Source: Gemmatimonadota bacterium (GTDB lineage Bacteria; 4572-55; J002). From it: a DNA stretch of 64,000 nucleotides. Position numbers and translations under genes: made by a program. Below the pieces are notes generated by a model. It saw nothing but the letters and a program-made list of their open reading frames with translations. It was not told where the DNA came from and did no database searches. This document shows, piece by piece, positions 1 to 10,352 of the stretch. The stretch is from positions 10,565-74,564 of the forward strand of contig RFFQ01000146.1 of the NCBI GenBank assembly GCA_003697105.1. Direction: 5' to 3'. The stretch's first letter is position 1. Each line of letters opens with the position of its first letter.

Positions 1-655
1 CGGGTAACCCAAAAAGGCGCTCGGTTGCGGGATTCACCAAACGGTACGCTAAATTCTGATCTTTAATAAAAATGGCATCTTTTGCCGTATCCACAATGGC
101 AGTCAGTTGTTCTTCCGTGCGCTTGCGGGCTTCTTCCGCTAGCCGGTGTTCGGTAATATCCCGCGCAATACCGCAGATACCGATAATTTTCCCGTAGGCA
201 TCGCGGAGCGGGTTTTTAACGGTATGAAACGTTGCCGTGAACCCCCGCACTTCGGATTGATGCTCTTCTTCTATGGTTCGTCCTGCCAGTACCCCTTGTT
301 CCACACGGCGACTCAACCGCGCATTTTCATCGTCACCAAAAATTTCTTCGTCAGTTCGACCCAGTATTTCATCACTGGTTTTTCCCAGCAACTTTTCCAT
401 GGCGGGATTTACCAAAGCGTACCGTAGCTGATGATCTTTGATGAAAATGGCATCCGGAGCGGTGTTGATGATTGCCATCAGTTGGTCATTTTGTTGCTTA
501 AACTGCTCAAAATAACGCTGGTAACGCTGGATTTCTGCCTGTCGCTCCCGATTGGCATTGCTCAACATTTCTTCGATCTGTTTCAATCGAGCCACTTCTT
601 GTTGGAGGTGCTCGATTTTGTCTTGTAGCGAACTGGTATTGGTGTCGGTGATCAT
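1..655 (-). CDS. Multi-PAS sensor protein, N-terminal part (runs off the left edge)
   Basis: Not in ORF track; manual translation from ATG at 655: MITDTNTSSLQDKIEHLQQEV... then two PAS starts (IINTAPDAIFIKDHQLRYALVNPA; IVDTAKDAIFIKDQNLAYRLVNPA) and a PAC motif (PLRDAYGKIIGICGIARDIT). Confidence 0.85.
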   Translation of the reverse strand, partial: MITDTNTSSLQDKIEHLQQEVARLKQIEEMLSNANRERQAEIQRYQRYFEQFKQQNDQLMAIINTAPDAIFIKDHQLRYALVNPAMEKLLGKTSDEILGRTDEEIFGDDENARLSRRVEQGVLAGRTIEEEHQSEVRGFTATFHTVKNPLRDAYGKIIGICGIARDITEHRLAEEARKRTEEQLTAIVDTAKDAIFIKDQNLAYRLVNPATERLFGLP

Positions 656-730
656 ATCCTTGTACGCCTCTTTCCTTCAGTTATCCCTTCATCATTTTTG
701 TTTGGGAAGGATGAAACCTGAGGTCTCCAT

Positions 731-1129
731 TTATTTATCCTGCGTGGCAATCATTACTTTTTCGGCTCCGGCAGTTTTAGCCGCGTCAATGAGTTCTACA
801 GCACTTTGCAAACTGACCTCTGCATCGGCTTTGACGATCACAACCTGGTCCGGTTTGGCGCTAATCAGCCATTCCAAATAGTTGACCAATTCGCTTTTAA
901 CGACCGGTTTGTCGTTCACATAAATGGTACGGTCTTGTGTCAAAGTGATTGTGATTGACTGATCGATATTATCCGCCTCGGTCGCGGCTTCTGGAAGATT
1001 TACTTTAATGCCCGGTTGCATCACGAATGAGGCGGAGAGGAGGAAAAAAATCAACAGTAAAAAGATAATGTCCGTCAGGGCAATACCGCCAACGGTGGAA
1101 AGTTGTTTTTGATGGGTTTCAAATTTCAT
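731..1129 (-). CDS. exbD: Biopolymer transporter ExbD/TolR family protein
   Basis: LTDIIFLLLIFFLLS TM with conserved Asp, VNLP, VIVKADAEV; ATG at 1129 preceded by GGAGA. Confidence 0.9.
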   Translation of the reverse strand: MKFETHQKQLSTVGGIALTDIIFLLLIFFLLSASFVMQPGIKVNLPEAATEADNIDQSITITLTQDRTIYVNDKPVVKSELVNYLEWLISAKPDQVVIVKADAEVSLQSAVELIDAAKTAGAEKVMIATQDK

Positions 1130-2507
1130 TGAGATTCTCCTGGCGTTGGTTGAACCGGTTTCGAGCTGTGTGGGCAAGGCTTAAAATGGATTGGGCAAAT
1201 TCCGTTGTGGATTGGTGTAAGGGTTGGGGGATGTTATCCGCATAAACCACGGTTAACCCGCGTTCGATGCCGATCCGTGTAACGACATCAATGGCGGCGG
1301 CTTTGACCTCCACCAGCAGAGTATCGATGGTTTCTTGTGCCAAAAGGCGATCCATTTCCATTCGTAATTTGGGTCGATTGGACAGTGAATGAGACCGCCC
1401 CACCACCTGACAGTTATAGGTTTCTTCCAGATAATTCGAGAGGATGGCTCCCATCTTTTCGGGGGCGGTGGTGGCGTATAAAACACGTTTATTTTCAATT
1501 GGTTGCAAAGGTCGGGGTCGAAAGATGGTTTGGAGGAGGGTTGCTTGTGGATTAAGCCGGCGGATATATGTTGTCATGTTGGCAATCATTTCGGGAGTTG
1601 CCACCGGTTCTTCACACAACGTCAACACAATGGCGTCTGCCTTGCGGACGCGGTAGGGTCCCATGTAACCGCTAACGTACTCCAATGGTTGGTGAGCACC
1701 GACACAAAGTAACCACGCATCGACTCGAATCGGGGGTATAGAAGCCCCGCTACCCTCAAAAATGACAAAATTATGATCCAGTTGATTGGCGATTTCCGTA
1801 CCTTGGGGGACGGTAGAAGTGTAAACGACACCAGCAAACCCGCCACCACAGCGCCGGCAACCGATAGTGGTCAACCGGGATAAAAGTGCATCTTCATAAT
1901 GATCGGAGGCGGCGTGTTTACCCTGTTTTGCGGCGTGGTAGAAAAATTCCGGGGTCATTTGCAAGGTTTCCCCATGCAGAACTTCTGGTACTGCCGGACC
2001 CCCTCGTCCCATAGTGACAATGCAGGGATGAAAATCCGTTTCAAAACCTTCCTGCCCGCTGATCAAACGCCCGGTATATGCCCCGAAGGCAGTTTTACCG
2101 ATGCGCTTGCCGGTACCCACAATTGAGAGGGCAGGTTTCTGGCAGTTATTGACAAATTCCGGTGGTGTAAAACAAAAATCGGCTCCTTCGTAGATCACAT
2201 CTGCTGCTAAAATCAAGTTTGCCATCTCAAAGCGCTCGTGGTAGCCGGCAACCGGTTCATCGCTCAGATCAACCATGGTGTCGGGGTGGTAAAGCTCTAT
2301 TGCGTTTTGGATGGCATTCAGCGGCTTTTCGGCATAGACCACCGGAACCCCTAAGTCGTTCAGGTCATCCATCGTGCCGATTTTTTCCGTACCGCCAATA
2401 AATACGGTAGCGACGACGTCGTAATGTTTCACGGTGCGGAGGTGTTCCAGAGCGGCTTTGTTGACGGGAAGATAATGTTCGCCATCGATGAGGGCGATCG
2501 CTCTCAT
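1119..2507 (-). CDS. cpgS: Cyclic 2,3-diphosphoglycerate synthetase
   Basis: Family motifs LIDGEHY, GGTEK, DLSDEP, GTGKRIGKT, MGRGGP, HAASDHYED, GCRRCGGG, EGSGA; start at 2507 with GGAGA SD; adjacent to 2-phosphoglycerate kinase. Confidence 0.92.
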   Translation of the reverse strand: MRAIALIDGEHYLPVNKAALEHLRTVKHYDVVATVFIGGTEKIGTMDDLNDLGVPVVYAEKPLNAIQNAIELYHPDTMVDLSDEPVAGYHERFEMANLILAADVIYEGADFCFTPPEFVNNCQKPALSIVGTGKRIGKTAFGAYTGRLISGQEGFETDFHPCIVTMGRGGPAVPEVLHGETLQMTPEFFYHAAKQGKHAASDHYEDALLSRLTTIGCRRCGGGFAGVVYTSTVPQGTEIANQLDHNFVIFEGSGASIPPIRVDAWLLCVGAHQPLEYVSGYMGPYRVRKADAIVLTLCEEPVATPEMIANMTTYIRRLNPQATLLQTIFRPRPLQPIENKRVLYATTAPEKMGAILSNYLEETYNCQVVGRSHSLSNRPKLRMEMDRLLAQETIDTLLVEVKAAAIDVVTRIGIERGLTVVYADNIPQPLHQSTTEFAQSILSLAHTARNRFNQRQENLNEI

Positions 2508-2533
2508 ACGGTCTCCGGTACTAAAATTTGAGA

Positions 2534-3730
2534 TCATGTGCTTTTTTCCTGGGTAATTTGGGCTAAATGATCCATCACCAGATGGGTGGCTTGGCGAATC
2601 GCCTCGTCCAAATTTTCATTATCCACTAACGGAACATCATACTTTTTGGCTTGGTTGATCAAATACTGCTGAATCTGGCGGATACTTCCCAGATTTTTCA
2701 GATAGGTCTCGGCACGGCGCTGGCGGGCTTCGTTTTCGCGATGGATAAAATGGCTACGGTGTGCCGTTTCATCTTGGGTAATTACCGCGAACGAAAAGAC
2801 ATTGGGGTGATGGATATACTTCCGGTCGAGCATTCCCGGTACCACATGGACACCCTCTACAATAATGTCCAGATTTTCGCGCAAAGCGCGTTCTACCAGC
2901 GCATTGATCCCGACCATCACTTGGCGGGCTTGCTCCCGAAATGCTGTAATTATTTTTTCCGGGACCGTGTCTCCCGGAGTCGGTACCTCCCGGTATGCCA
3001 CATAAGATGAATGGTGGAGGTACGGGGCGATTTTGTCGGTGAAAATGGTACGCATGACCTCCCGAATAATATCTGTGGAGACGAAACGACCGATTTCAAA
3101 ACGGGATGCCAATTTTCGGGCAAGCGTGGATTTTCCGGAACCGGTTGCGCCGCCAATCAGGAGAATAATTGGCGATGTATTTGTTTTAACCTCCTGATAG
3201 TCCATGTATTGTTTGGAATACGTGTACCCAAATGAATGTGCCAAATAGGTAGAGACAAATTCTTGCAATTGTTTCTGGGTAATGTCAGTAAAGCCTTGAT
3301 TCAGCAGGCTTTGTTCGATGTCTCTTGCCGTTGTGATGGCGTCTGTGGGTTCTAAACCGATATTTTTAAGTCCTTGTGCCAATATCCAGCGGGAATAAGG
3401 GACACTCGAGTTGCCCGTCCGAACCATCACCCGCCGTTTGGGTATGCTGGTGTGTAAGTGGTAGTACTCTGCAACATCGTGCAAGCCTTCTTCACGCAGG
3501 ACATGATAAACCATTTGCTTGAGGTCGGCAAGTTGGAGGTATGGTTGCTCTTTTTTCCTCAACTGGGTACCGACAATCCGGGCAACTTCATAAGCGGCTT
3601 CAATCTCTAATCCGTTATTTGTGAGGGATTTCGCTAAAATGCCTTTGGAAAAGGGGAAGTACGAAATGCCGTCAAAAATGTAAATAATTCGTTCCTGACG
3701 TTTTTCGTATTCGTGGTTTATCTCGGTCAT
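2534..3730 (-). CDS. pgk2: 2-phosphoglycerate kinase with two N-terminal ATP-cone-like domains
   Basis: [17 protein letters not shown]-loop, [27 protein letters not shown]; N-terminal repeats [11 protein letters not shown] and [11 protein letters not shown]. Confidence 0.88.
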   Translation of the reverse strand: MTEINHEYEKRQERIIYIFDGISYFPFSKGILAKSLTNNGLEIEAAYEVARIVGTQLRKKEQPYLQLADLKQMVYHVLREEGLHDVAEYYHLHTSIPKRRVMVRTGNSSVPYSRWILAQGLKNIGLEPTDAITTARDIEQSLLNQGFTDITQKQLQEFVSTYLAHSFGYTYSKQYMDYQEVKTNTSPIILLIGGATGSGKSTLARKLASRFEIGRFVSTDIIREVMRTIFTDKIAPYLHHSSYVAYREVPTPGDTVPEKIITAFREQARQVMVGINALVERALRENLDIIVEGVHVVPGMLDRKYIHHPNVFSFAVITQDETAHRSHFIHRENEARQRRAETYLKNLGSIRQIQQYLINQAKKYDVPLVDNENLDEAIRQATHLVMDHLAQITQEKST

Positions 3731-4596
3731 GCCGCAACCTGTTGTTGGTATCCCACATACGCACGTGCCACTTTACGGGCAAGGTTGCGTACTCGTCCAA
3801 TAAAGCGTACTCGTTCTGTCACACTAATGGCACCCCGTGCATCTAATAAATTAAAGAGATGAGAGCATTTCATGGTCATTTCATAAGCCGGATGTATCAG
3901 CGGATGCTCCTGCTCTAACGCAAGCAAGCGCTGGGTTTCGCGCTCATACATATCAAACAGGTTGAAGAGCATTGCCGTGTCGGCTACTTCAAAATTATAA
4001 GTGGAGTGTTCGTATTCTGGATCGAAATACACATCACCGTAGGTGAAATTACCGACCCACTTAATCTTTTTGAAATCGTCCACATTTTGGATGTACATCG
4101 CAATTCGTTCCAGACCGTAGGTCAATTCGACGGAAATCGGATTGAGGTCAAACCCGGCAACTTGCTGAAAATAAGTAAACTGGGAGATCTCGATCCCATC
4201 AAGCCAAACCTGCCACCCAAGCCCCCAAGCTCCGAGTGTCGGAGATTCCCAATCATCCTCAATGAAGCGGACATCATGTTTATCCACCTCGACCCCTAAC
4301 TCCCGCAAGCTGTTGAGGTACAAGTCTTGAATATCATCTGGGGAGGGTTTTAACAGCACTTGGTACTGAAAAAAGTGTTGCATCCGGTTGGGATTTTCGC
4401 CGTACCGACCGTCTTTGGGGCGGCGGGAGGGCTGAACATAAGCGGTTTTCCACTCTTTTTCACCGAGTGCCCACAGAAATGTGGCTGGGTGAAACGTACC
4501 GGCGCCCATTTCCAGATCATACGGCTGGCGGATGATACAACCATAATCTGCCCAATATTGTTGTAAGTTGAAAATGATTGATTGAAAGTCCATCAA
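3727..4596 (-). CDS. glyQ: Glycine--tRNA ligase alpha subunit
   Basis: [52 protein letters not shown]. Confidence 0.97.
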   Translation of the reverse strand: MMDFQSIIFNLQQYWADYGCIIRQPYDLEMGAGTFHPATFLWALGEKEWKTAYVQPSRRPKDGRYGENPNRMQHFFQYQVLLKPSPDDIQDLYLNSLRELGVEVDKHDVRFIEDDWESPTLGAWGLGWQVWLDGIEISQFTYFQQVAGFDLNPISVELTYGLERIAMYIQNVDDFKKIKWVGNFTYGDVYFDPEYEHSTYNFEVADTAMLFNLFDMYERETQRLLALEQEHPLIHPAYEMTMKCSHLFNLLDARGAISVTERVRFIGRVRNLARKVARAYVGYQQQVAA

Positions 4597-4633
4597 AAAT
4601 GCTCCTTATTTTATATGTACACGGTACTAAAAT

Positions 4634-7069
4634 TTACATCCGGTATAATTCGATATATTTCCAATAATTATTCATCACGATTTTGACATAATTCCGAGTT
4701 TCACTGAATTTAATATCTTCCACAAATTCATCAATATCGCCACTCGTGTTACTACTCAGCCAGTGTGCGGCGTTCCCCGGACCCCCATTGTATGCCGCCA
4801 AAGCCACTTCGGGTTGGTTGTCAAAGCGGTGTAATTGCTGGCTAAAATAGTATGTCCCAAAATGGATACTATTTTCCGGCAGGTACAAGTCCTCGATCTC
4901 AAATTGTGGAATATCCAATTCGCGGACAATCTGGCGGGCGGTGGGAGGGATGATTTGCATCAAACCACGGGCGTTCGCCGGACTGGTCGCTCGTGGGTTA
5001 TAGGCGCTTTCCTGCCGGATCAACGCACAAATTAACAACGGGTCCACCTTACGCAATCGAGCTTCTCGTTGCACAATGGGAGCGTAACATATCGGCAGAC
5101 GTAGCCGTTCGATTCCCCGGGGAATATCCCGTTTAAGCTGGCGGGCAATATCCTCTGCACAGCGCCGGGCGTGGTCATGAAACTGAATCTCATCATAAGC
5201 TTTGGCTAAAGCATACAAAAAGTGGAGGTTATTGCCGGATTCATCCTCCACGGTTTGGAATTCGGTATATGCTTCTTCGTACAAACCTAAATCCAGTAAA
5301 AGTTCCCCTTTTTGCAGATGCACATTGGACGCCCGAATCTCATCTATCCTGAGAACAGGTGAAATAAGGGATAACCGCTCTTGTGTTGTGCTGTCTTCCG
5401 CAGTTTTTGCTTGTTCATCCAGATACGGTATTTCCATATCTACAAATTGGTTCCAATCCACTTGACCCAGTTGGGCTTGTGCCCGCCGGGCGTAATACGT
5501 ATCGGGATAATCCTCGATAACCTTTTGAAATGCCTCACTGGCAGCAAATTGATTCCCCATTTTTTGGTAATTTTTGCCGATCCAGTATGTTGCCTGTGCC
5601 GCGTAATTTTCGCCCCGATAGTTGCGAATCATCCGTTGGCAGGCTTGGATGGAGTTTGCATAATCTCCCAATTTGTAGTAACCCATGACCATGCGCCACA
5701 ACGCTAACGAACCGTACTTTCGTCCGGGATTACGTTTATAGAGGGTTTCATAGGTGCGGATTGCCGGTTTCAACTGGTGTTGCCGCTCGTAAATTCGTCC
5801 GATCTCATAATAGGCGTCGTTCACATTCCGCCAATGCCCCGGATGATTTTTGATGAAGTGTTGGTAATGTTCTAGGGCAAGATCATCCTCACCCATTTTC
5901 CGGTAACATTCGCAGATTCGTTTTTCGGCATAGGGGCGCCACTTACTGCGGGGGTGTTGCCGGATCAATTCACGATAAACCGTGATTGCGCTGGCTTCTA
6001 AGTCCATTCGTTCATAGGTGCGACCGATCTGGTAGTAAATTTTGTCATTTTCGGGATGGTGGGGATTTTCGGCTAAAAGATGTTCATAGATGGCAATCGC
6101 CTGTTTCCAAAAGCCTTGATTGGAGATGATTTCCGCCCGTAACAGTTGATCGGTGTATGTTTCGGTCACGTTTAGTTTTTGCAACCGCTGGGTGGCGCGA
6201 TAGGCGGCGGTGGTTTGGGGGTAACGTTTCGCAATTAATTGGTAGTTTTTGATGGCGCGGGAGGTGTTGCCTTGCTGTTCGTAAATTTCACTGATGCGAT
6301 AGTGGTATTCTGCTTTACGGTATTTGTCTTTTTCAGCGTTGAGTAACCGGCGATATTGGGTTAATGCCGGATCATAGGCTTCCATTTGGTAGTAACATTC
6401 TGCTAGTTGTTCCCGGACCTGCCAGTTGAGCACGCTCTCGGGATACATTTCGTCGATATGTTTCAGATGCGTTTCGGCATGTTCATATTCTCCCCGGGCG
6501 ATTTGGCACTGGGCGATGAAGAACTCGATGTAATCCACAAGGAGGGGAAGATGTGGCTGTGCCCGGCGATAATACGTCACGGCGCGCTCATACAATTTTA
6601 ATTGCTGACAAGCATAGCCCAGTTGGAACAGGCTGACCGGCGTTCGTGGGTCTTCGGGGAATTGCGTAATGACATATTGTAATTTATCGACGGCGTGCCC
6701 GTATTTTTTTGCCCGAAACAGTGCATTTGCCAACCGAAAATGCACGTTTTGAGAAAGCACAAAATTTTGGTAGGAGGTCACCAGGGTGTTCAACTTATCC
6801 GACGCTTGATCATAATCTCCCAGATATTCATAGCAGCCGGCAATTTGGGACAATCCCCACACCGCGACCGCCGCATTGTCAATTCGTTGCAAAATATAAT
6901 TGTACTGCTCTATTGCCTCCGAATACCGCCCCTCTAAATAGAGTTGATCGGCGAGAGCCAATTCGTCTTCCGGGAAATAGTCCCCGGAGACCGATTCGCT
7001 CACGAAGATCGACTCCAGATGAATTACGGTGATAAGGATCAACAATATCGGAACGAATGGTGGGCGCAT
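4634..7069 (-). CDS. TPR-repeat soluble lytic murein transglycosylase (Slt family)
   Basis: Signal-like N-terminus, many TPR repeats, C-terminal SLT motifs IRQES, ARGLMQI, AAYNGG, ETRNYV. Confidence 0.9.
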   Translation of the reverse strand: MRPPFVPILLILITVIHLESIFVSESVSGDYFPEDELALADQLYLEGRYSEAIEQYNYILQRIDNAAVAVWGLSQIAGCYEYLGDYDQASDKLNTLVTSYQNFVLSQNVHFRLANALFRAKKYGHAVDKLQYVITQFPEDPRTPVSLFQLGYACQQLKLYERAVTYYRRAQPHLPLLVDYIEFFIAQCQIARGEYEHAETHLKHIDEMYPESVLNWQVREQLAECYYQMEAYDPALTQYRRLLNAEKDKYRKAEYHYRISEIYEQQGNTSRAIKNYQLIAKRYPQTTAAYRATQRLQKLNVTETYTDQLLRAEIISNQGFWKQAIAIYEHLLAENPHHPENDKIYYQIGRTYERMDLEASAITVYRELIRQHPRSKWRPYAEKRICECYRKMGEDDLALEHYQHFIKNHPGHWRNVNDAYYEIGRIYERQHQLKPAIRTYETLYKRNPGRKYGSLALWRMVMGYYKLGDYANSIQACQRMIRNYRGENYAAQATYWIGKNYQKMGNQFAASEAFQKVIEDYPDTYYARRAQAQLGQVDWNQFVDMEIPYLDEQAKTAEDSTTQERLSLISPVLRIDEIRASNVHLQKGELLLDLGLYEEAYTEFQTVEDESGNNLHFLYALAKAYDEIQFHDHARRCAEDIARQLKRDIPRGIERLRLPICYAPIVQREARLRKVDPLLICALIRQESAYNPRATSPANARGLMQIIPPTARQIVRELDIPQFEIEDLYLPENSIHFGTYYFSQQLHRFDNQPEVALAAYNGGPGNAAHWLSSNTSGDIDEFVEDIKFSETRNYVKIVMNNYWKYIELYRM

Positions 7070-7106
7070 ATCGTTTTCTCCGACATAAGATGAGGTTACA
7101 AGTGAA

Positions 7107-8465
7107 TTATGTTCGCCAAGCTACTGCATTTTGAATGCCATCGTACCGGGATTTCCACGGGGAATGGTATGTGCCGAGCACTTGCTGGCACATTCGTTCC
7201 ATATCTTTTTCCCCTAACTGGACTTCCGTGCGGGCTTTCTGTTGAAATGCCTCCAAAGAAATATTGTCCAAAAAGAGTCCATCATGGTTCACGACGTTTG
7301 CCGGTAATAGGATGAGGTCTCCCGGTGGAGACGCTTTAACGGCGTTCAGAATATCGCGGGCGATCAATAGTCCGCTCACGGTGACATCCTCACCCCAAAA
7401 TTCATTTTCCACAACGACCATCTGAACTGACAAATTTTCAATCCGGTTAAAGCATTGAACCACATCCGCGATGAACGTTGCCGGCATCACGGCGGTGACA
7501 AAGGTCACTTGACGCGGGGATTCAATCCGGGAAGGCAAGGTATGCTGAACGGCAGCAAAATCATCGATAAAGAGCCGTGCCATGCCCACACCATCCTCGA
7601 TCTGGCTTAGATCATCGTAATAGTCACTTTCGGGGAAGGGCTGGCCGGCTTTCAGGAAAAATTCATCCGCCAGATAGATAAATCCGGTGCCGAATTCCTT
7701 CCGAAACCGCTGTTGCCAGGCGAACCCTTGCGTGATGAGCTGTTGGGCAAATTCTGGAGTGACGGGGTTGATCTTCCGCAAGCGTCGTTCGTGACGGTAT
7801 TTGGTGAGTCCGACCGGCACGACTGCTATCGAGCTTACATGGGGATAAAATCGGGCTAAATCTTCTACCGTTTTTTCCAGATGCTCTCCGTCGTTGATAC
7901 CCGGACAAAGAACGATCTGGGTATGCATTTCAATCCGGTTTTCGGCGAAAAATTGCAGATGCTCCAAAATCTTATCCGCATCCCGGTGAGCAATCATGCG
8001 CCGCCGCAGTTTAGGGTTTGTGGTATGGACGGAAATATAGATGGGGCTGAGGCGTTGCTCAACAATCCGCTCAAAATCCGCCGGTGTCATATTGGTCAGC
8101 GTGATATAATTGCCGTGCGAGAAGGACAGTCGGTAGTCATCGTCCTCAAAATAGAGTTCGGGGCGCATTCCGGCGGGCTGCTGGTGCACAAAGCAGAAGA
8201 CACATTTATTTTTGCACTGTTCGTAAGTGGGTTCGACAAAATCCACTCCGAGGGGTTCGTCATACTCTTTTTCGAGGACGTATTCGATGTGCTGTCCGGT
8301 TGCTTTCTGGCGCACCAAAAGGGTGATCTCTTCATCGGTGAACCAAAATTGGAAATCCAACGGATCCCGAATCAGTCGTCCGTTCACTTGTAAGATGGCA
8401 TCACCGGGGGCAAGTTCGAGTTCTTCACCAAGACTATTCGGGTGAACTTGTTTGATTTCCAGCAT
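7107..8465 (-). CDS. PDZ / radical-SAM DUF512 family Fe-S protein
   Basis: N-terminal PDZ-like segment, CKNKCVFC, DDDYRLSF.HGNYITLTN, LSPIYISVH, VVPVGLTKYR. Confidence 0.9.
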   Translation of the reverse strand: MLEIKQVHPNSLGEELELAPGDAILQVNGRLIRDPLDFQFWFTDEEITLLVRQKATGQHIEYVLEKEYDEPLGVDFVEPTYEQCKNKCVFCFVHQQPAGMRPELYFEDDDYRLSFSHGNYITLTNMTPADFERIVEQRLSPIYISVHTTNPKLRRRMIAHRDADKILEHLQFFAENRIEMHTQIVLCPGINDGEHLEKTVEDLARFYPHVSSIAVVPVGLTKYRHERRLRKINPVTPEFAQQLITQGFAWQQRFRKEFGTGFIYLADEFFLKAGQPFPESDYYDDLSQIEDGVGMARLFIDDFAAVQHTLPSRIESPRQVTFVTAVMPATFIADVVQCFNRIENLSVQMVVVENEFWGEDVTVSGLLIARDILNAVKASPPGDLILLPANVVNHDGLFLDNISLEAFQQKARTEVQLGEKDMERMCQQVLGTYHSPWKSRYDGIQNAVAWRT

Positions 8466-8524
8466 TGATGTTGTGCTCTTGTGGATGATAAAAATGGAAG
8501 AAAATACCGTTGCGGAGTGTCCGA

Positions 8525-8553
8525 ATGATAGCCGATAACCCAGATTGTGTCAA
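8525..8553 (-). promoter_or_regulatory. Sigma70-type promoter for the leftward DUF512-slt-glyQ-pgk2-cpgS-exbD run
   Basis: Minus strand TTGACA-17 nt-TATCAT, 60 nt upstream of the DUF512 start. Confidence 0.7.
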
Positions 8554-8649
8554 GCATTATTCAGGGTGACACTGTTCGGGCATAAAAGATGCAATTTAGC
8601 GGAGGTACAGCACTGAAAAGAAAAATTATTTATCTACAGGGGGTTTACA

Positions 8650-9030
8650 ATGGCTTTTGAAGGTAAAATTCTTGTCGCGGATGATGACCCGATGGTGCGG
8701 TCGCTTGCCGGTAAGGTTCTGAAACAAGAAGGATTTGATGTGGTTTTTGCTGAAGATGGACAACAGGCGGTAGAAGCCGCCCGGGACCCCATGATTAAAC
8801 TAATTGTCATGGATGCGATGATGCCCAACTTGGATGGGCTTCGTGCGAGCGAACAGATCAAAGGGACAATCAATCCCGATGTGTTAATCCTTTTGCTAAC
8901 GGCGGTGTACCGCATGACACCATTAAAATACCGCAAAAAAGGACATGAGGTAGTGGATTCGTTTATGGCAAAACCCTTTGATCTCTTTAGTTTTTTGACC
9001 GAAATCAAACGGATGTTGAACGTCAGCTAA
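8650..9030 (+). CDS. Single-domain response regulator receiver
   Basis: ILVADDD, MDAMMPNLDG, LLTA, KPF. Confidence 0.9.
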   Translation: MAFEGKILVADDDPMVRSLAGKVLKQEGFDVVFAEDGQQAVEAARDPMIKLIVMDAMMPNLDGLRASEQIKGTINPDVLILLLTAVYRMTPLKYRKKGHEVVDSFMAKPFDLFSFLTEIKRMLNVS

Positions 9031-9070
9031 ACGGTCTTCCGCCTTGATGGTGTCACCTTAATTTTAATGG

Positions 9071-9100
9071 AAAACCCGATCCGAACCGGATCGGGTTTTT
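9071..9100. terminator. Bidirectional intrinsic terminator
   Basis: AAAACCCGATCCG-AAC-CGGATCGGGTTTTT perfect hairpin between convergent genes. Confidence 0.85.
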
Positions 9101-9123
9101 CTGTTCATAGCGGCGAGTGGCGA

Positions 9124-10179
9124 TCACCCCACCGCCCAGTGATACGGATCCGGGTAATTAAGATATTTCTTTTGACCCAGTTGATGTGCCGCATGAATCG
9201 CCCAGTAGGGGTCGCGTAACATCTCTCGCCCTAATAGAACGAGGTCTGCCTGACCCAAGCGAATGATCTGATCCGCTTGGCGGGGTTCGGTGATAATGCC
9301 CACAGCGGCAGTCGGTATCGCCGCTTCCCGCCGAATTCGTTCCGCAAATGGGACTTGAAATCCAGACCCCACCGGATAGTGGGCATCGATCACGGCGCCC
9401 CCGGAGCTACAATCGATTAGGTCTATCCCTTCCCTTTTCAATATGTGGGAAAGCTCGACAGATTCTTCAATGGTCCAGCCACCTTCCACCCAATCCGTAC
9501 AGGAAAGACGGACGGTAAAAGGCTTATTTTCGGGCCAGACCTCACGCATCAGCCGGACGGTTTCAATGGTAAACCGAATCCGATTCTCAAAACTGCCCCC
9601 ATAAGCATCTGTACGGTGGTTGGATAAAGGGGAGTGGAAACTATGTACCAAGTAGCCATGGGCACCATGGAGTTCCAACCAGTCGTAGCCGGCATCCACT
9701 GCCCGGCGGGTTGCTTCCCGAAAGGCGTGTTGTACAGTCTGAATATCATCGCGGGTCATCTCTTGTGGAATCCAACTGGCATTGCCACCAAAAGCAATCG
9801 GGCTGGGGGCAATCTGTTGCCAATCGCCCCATACCCCATTCCAGCGGCGGGGTGTACCGGCTTTTCGCCCGGCGTGCCCCAACTGGATACCCGGTACTGC
9901 CCCCCACCTCTTGATAAAACGGGTGATGGGGATCATGGGTTCAATCTGATCATCATTCCAAAGTCCCACATCGTTGGGGGAAATTTGTCCGCGATATTCT
10001 ACGGCGGTCGCTTCTGCGATGACCAGCGCGGCACCACCAACTGCCCGTGACCCCAAATGCACCAGATGCCAGTCGTTCATCATTCCCCCTTCACTACTGT
10101 ATTGGCACATGGGCGATACCCCAATCCGGTTACGAAGCGTGACCGCTTTTATCCTAAATTCATCAAATAAATGTGACAT
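9124..10179 (-). CDS. NADH:flavin oxidoreductase / old yellow enzyme (YqjM/NamA type)
   Basis: RNRIGVSPMCQYSS, QLGHAGRK, ELHGAHGYL, NHRTDAYGGSFENR, GREMLRDPYW; ATG 10179 with GAGGA SD. Confidence 0.93.
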   Translation of the reverse strand: MSHLFDEFRIKAVTLRNRIGVSPMCQYSSEGGMMNDWHLVHLGSRAVGGAALVIAEATAVEYRGQISPNDVGLWNDDQIEPMIPITRFIKRWGAVPGIQLGHAGRKAGTPRRWNGVWGDWQQIAPSPIAFGGNASWIPQEMTRDDIQTVQHAFREATRRAVDAGYDWLELHGAHGYLVHSFHSPLSNHRTDAYGGSFENRIRFTIETVRLMREVWPENKPFTVRLSCTDWVEGGWTIEESVELSHILKREGIDLIDCSSGGAVIDAHYPVGSGFQVPFAERIRREAAIPTAAVGIITEPRQADQIIRLGQADLVLLGREMLRDPYWAIHAAHQLGQKKYLNYPDPYHWAVG

Positions 10180-10272
10180 GATTCCTCTTTCCAAAAAATG
10201 AACATGAGTGTGCTTTCTTGAGGGACGCGGATTGAATACACAATTCTGCCACGATTGTCAAAGGGTTATTGT

Positions 10273-10301
10273 TTGCCTGAATGCGGCGTTTGTGTTATAT
10301 T
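10273..10301 (+). promoter_or_regulatory. Candidate sigma70 promoter with extended -10
   Basis: TTGCCT-17 nt-TATATT with TG upstream of -10. Confidence 0.45.
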
Positions 10302-10352
10302 CTGCGCAGTCCAAATGTATCGAATTTTTACAACCACTTGCTTATAATGAGG

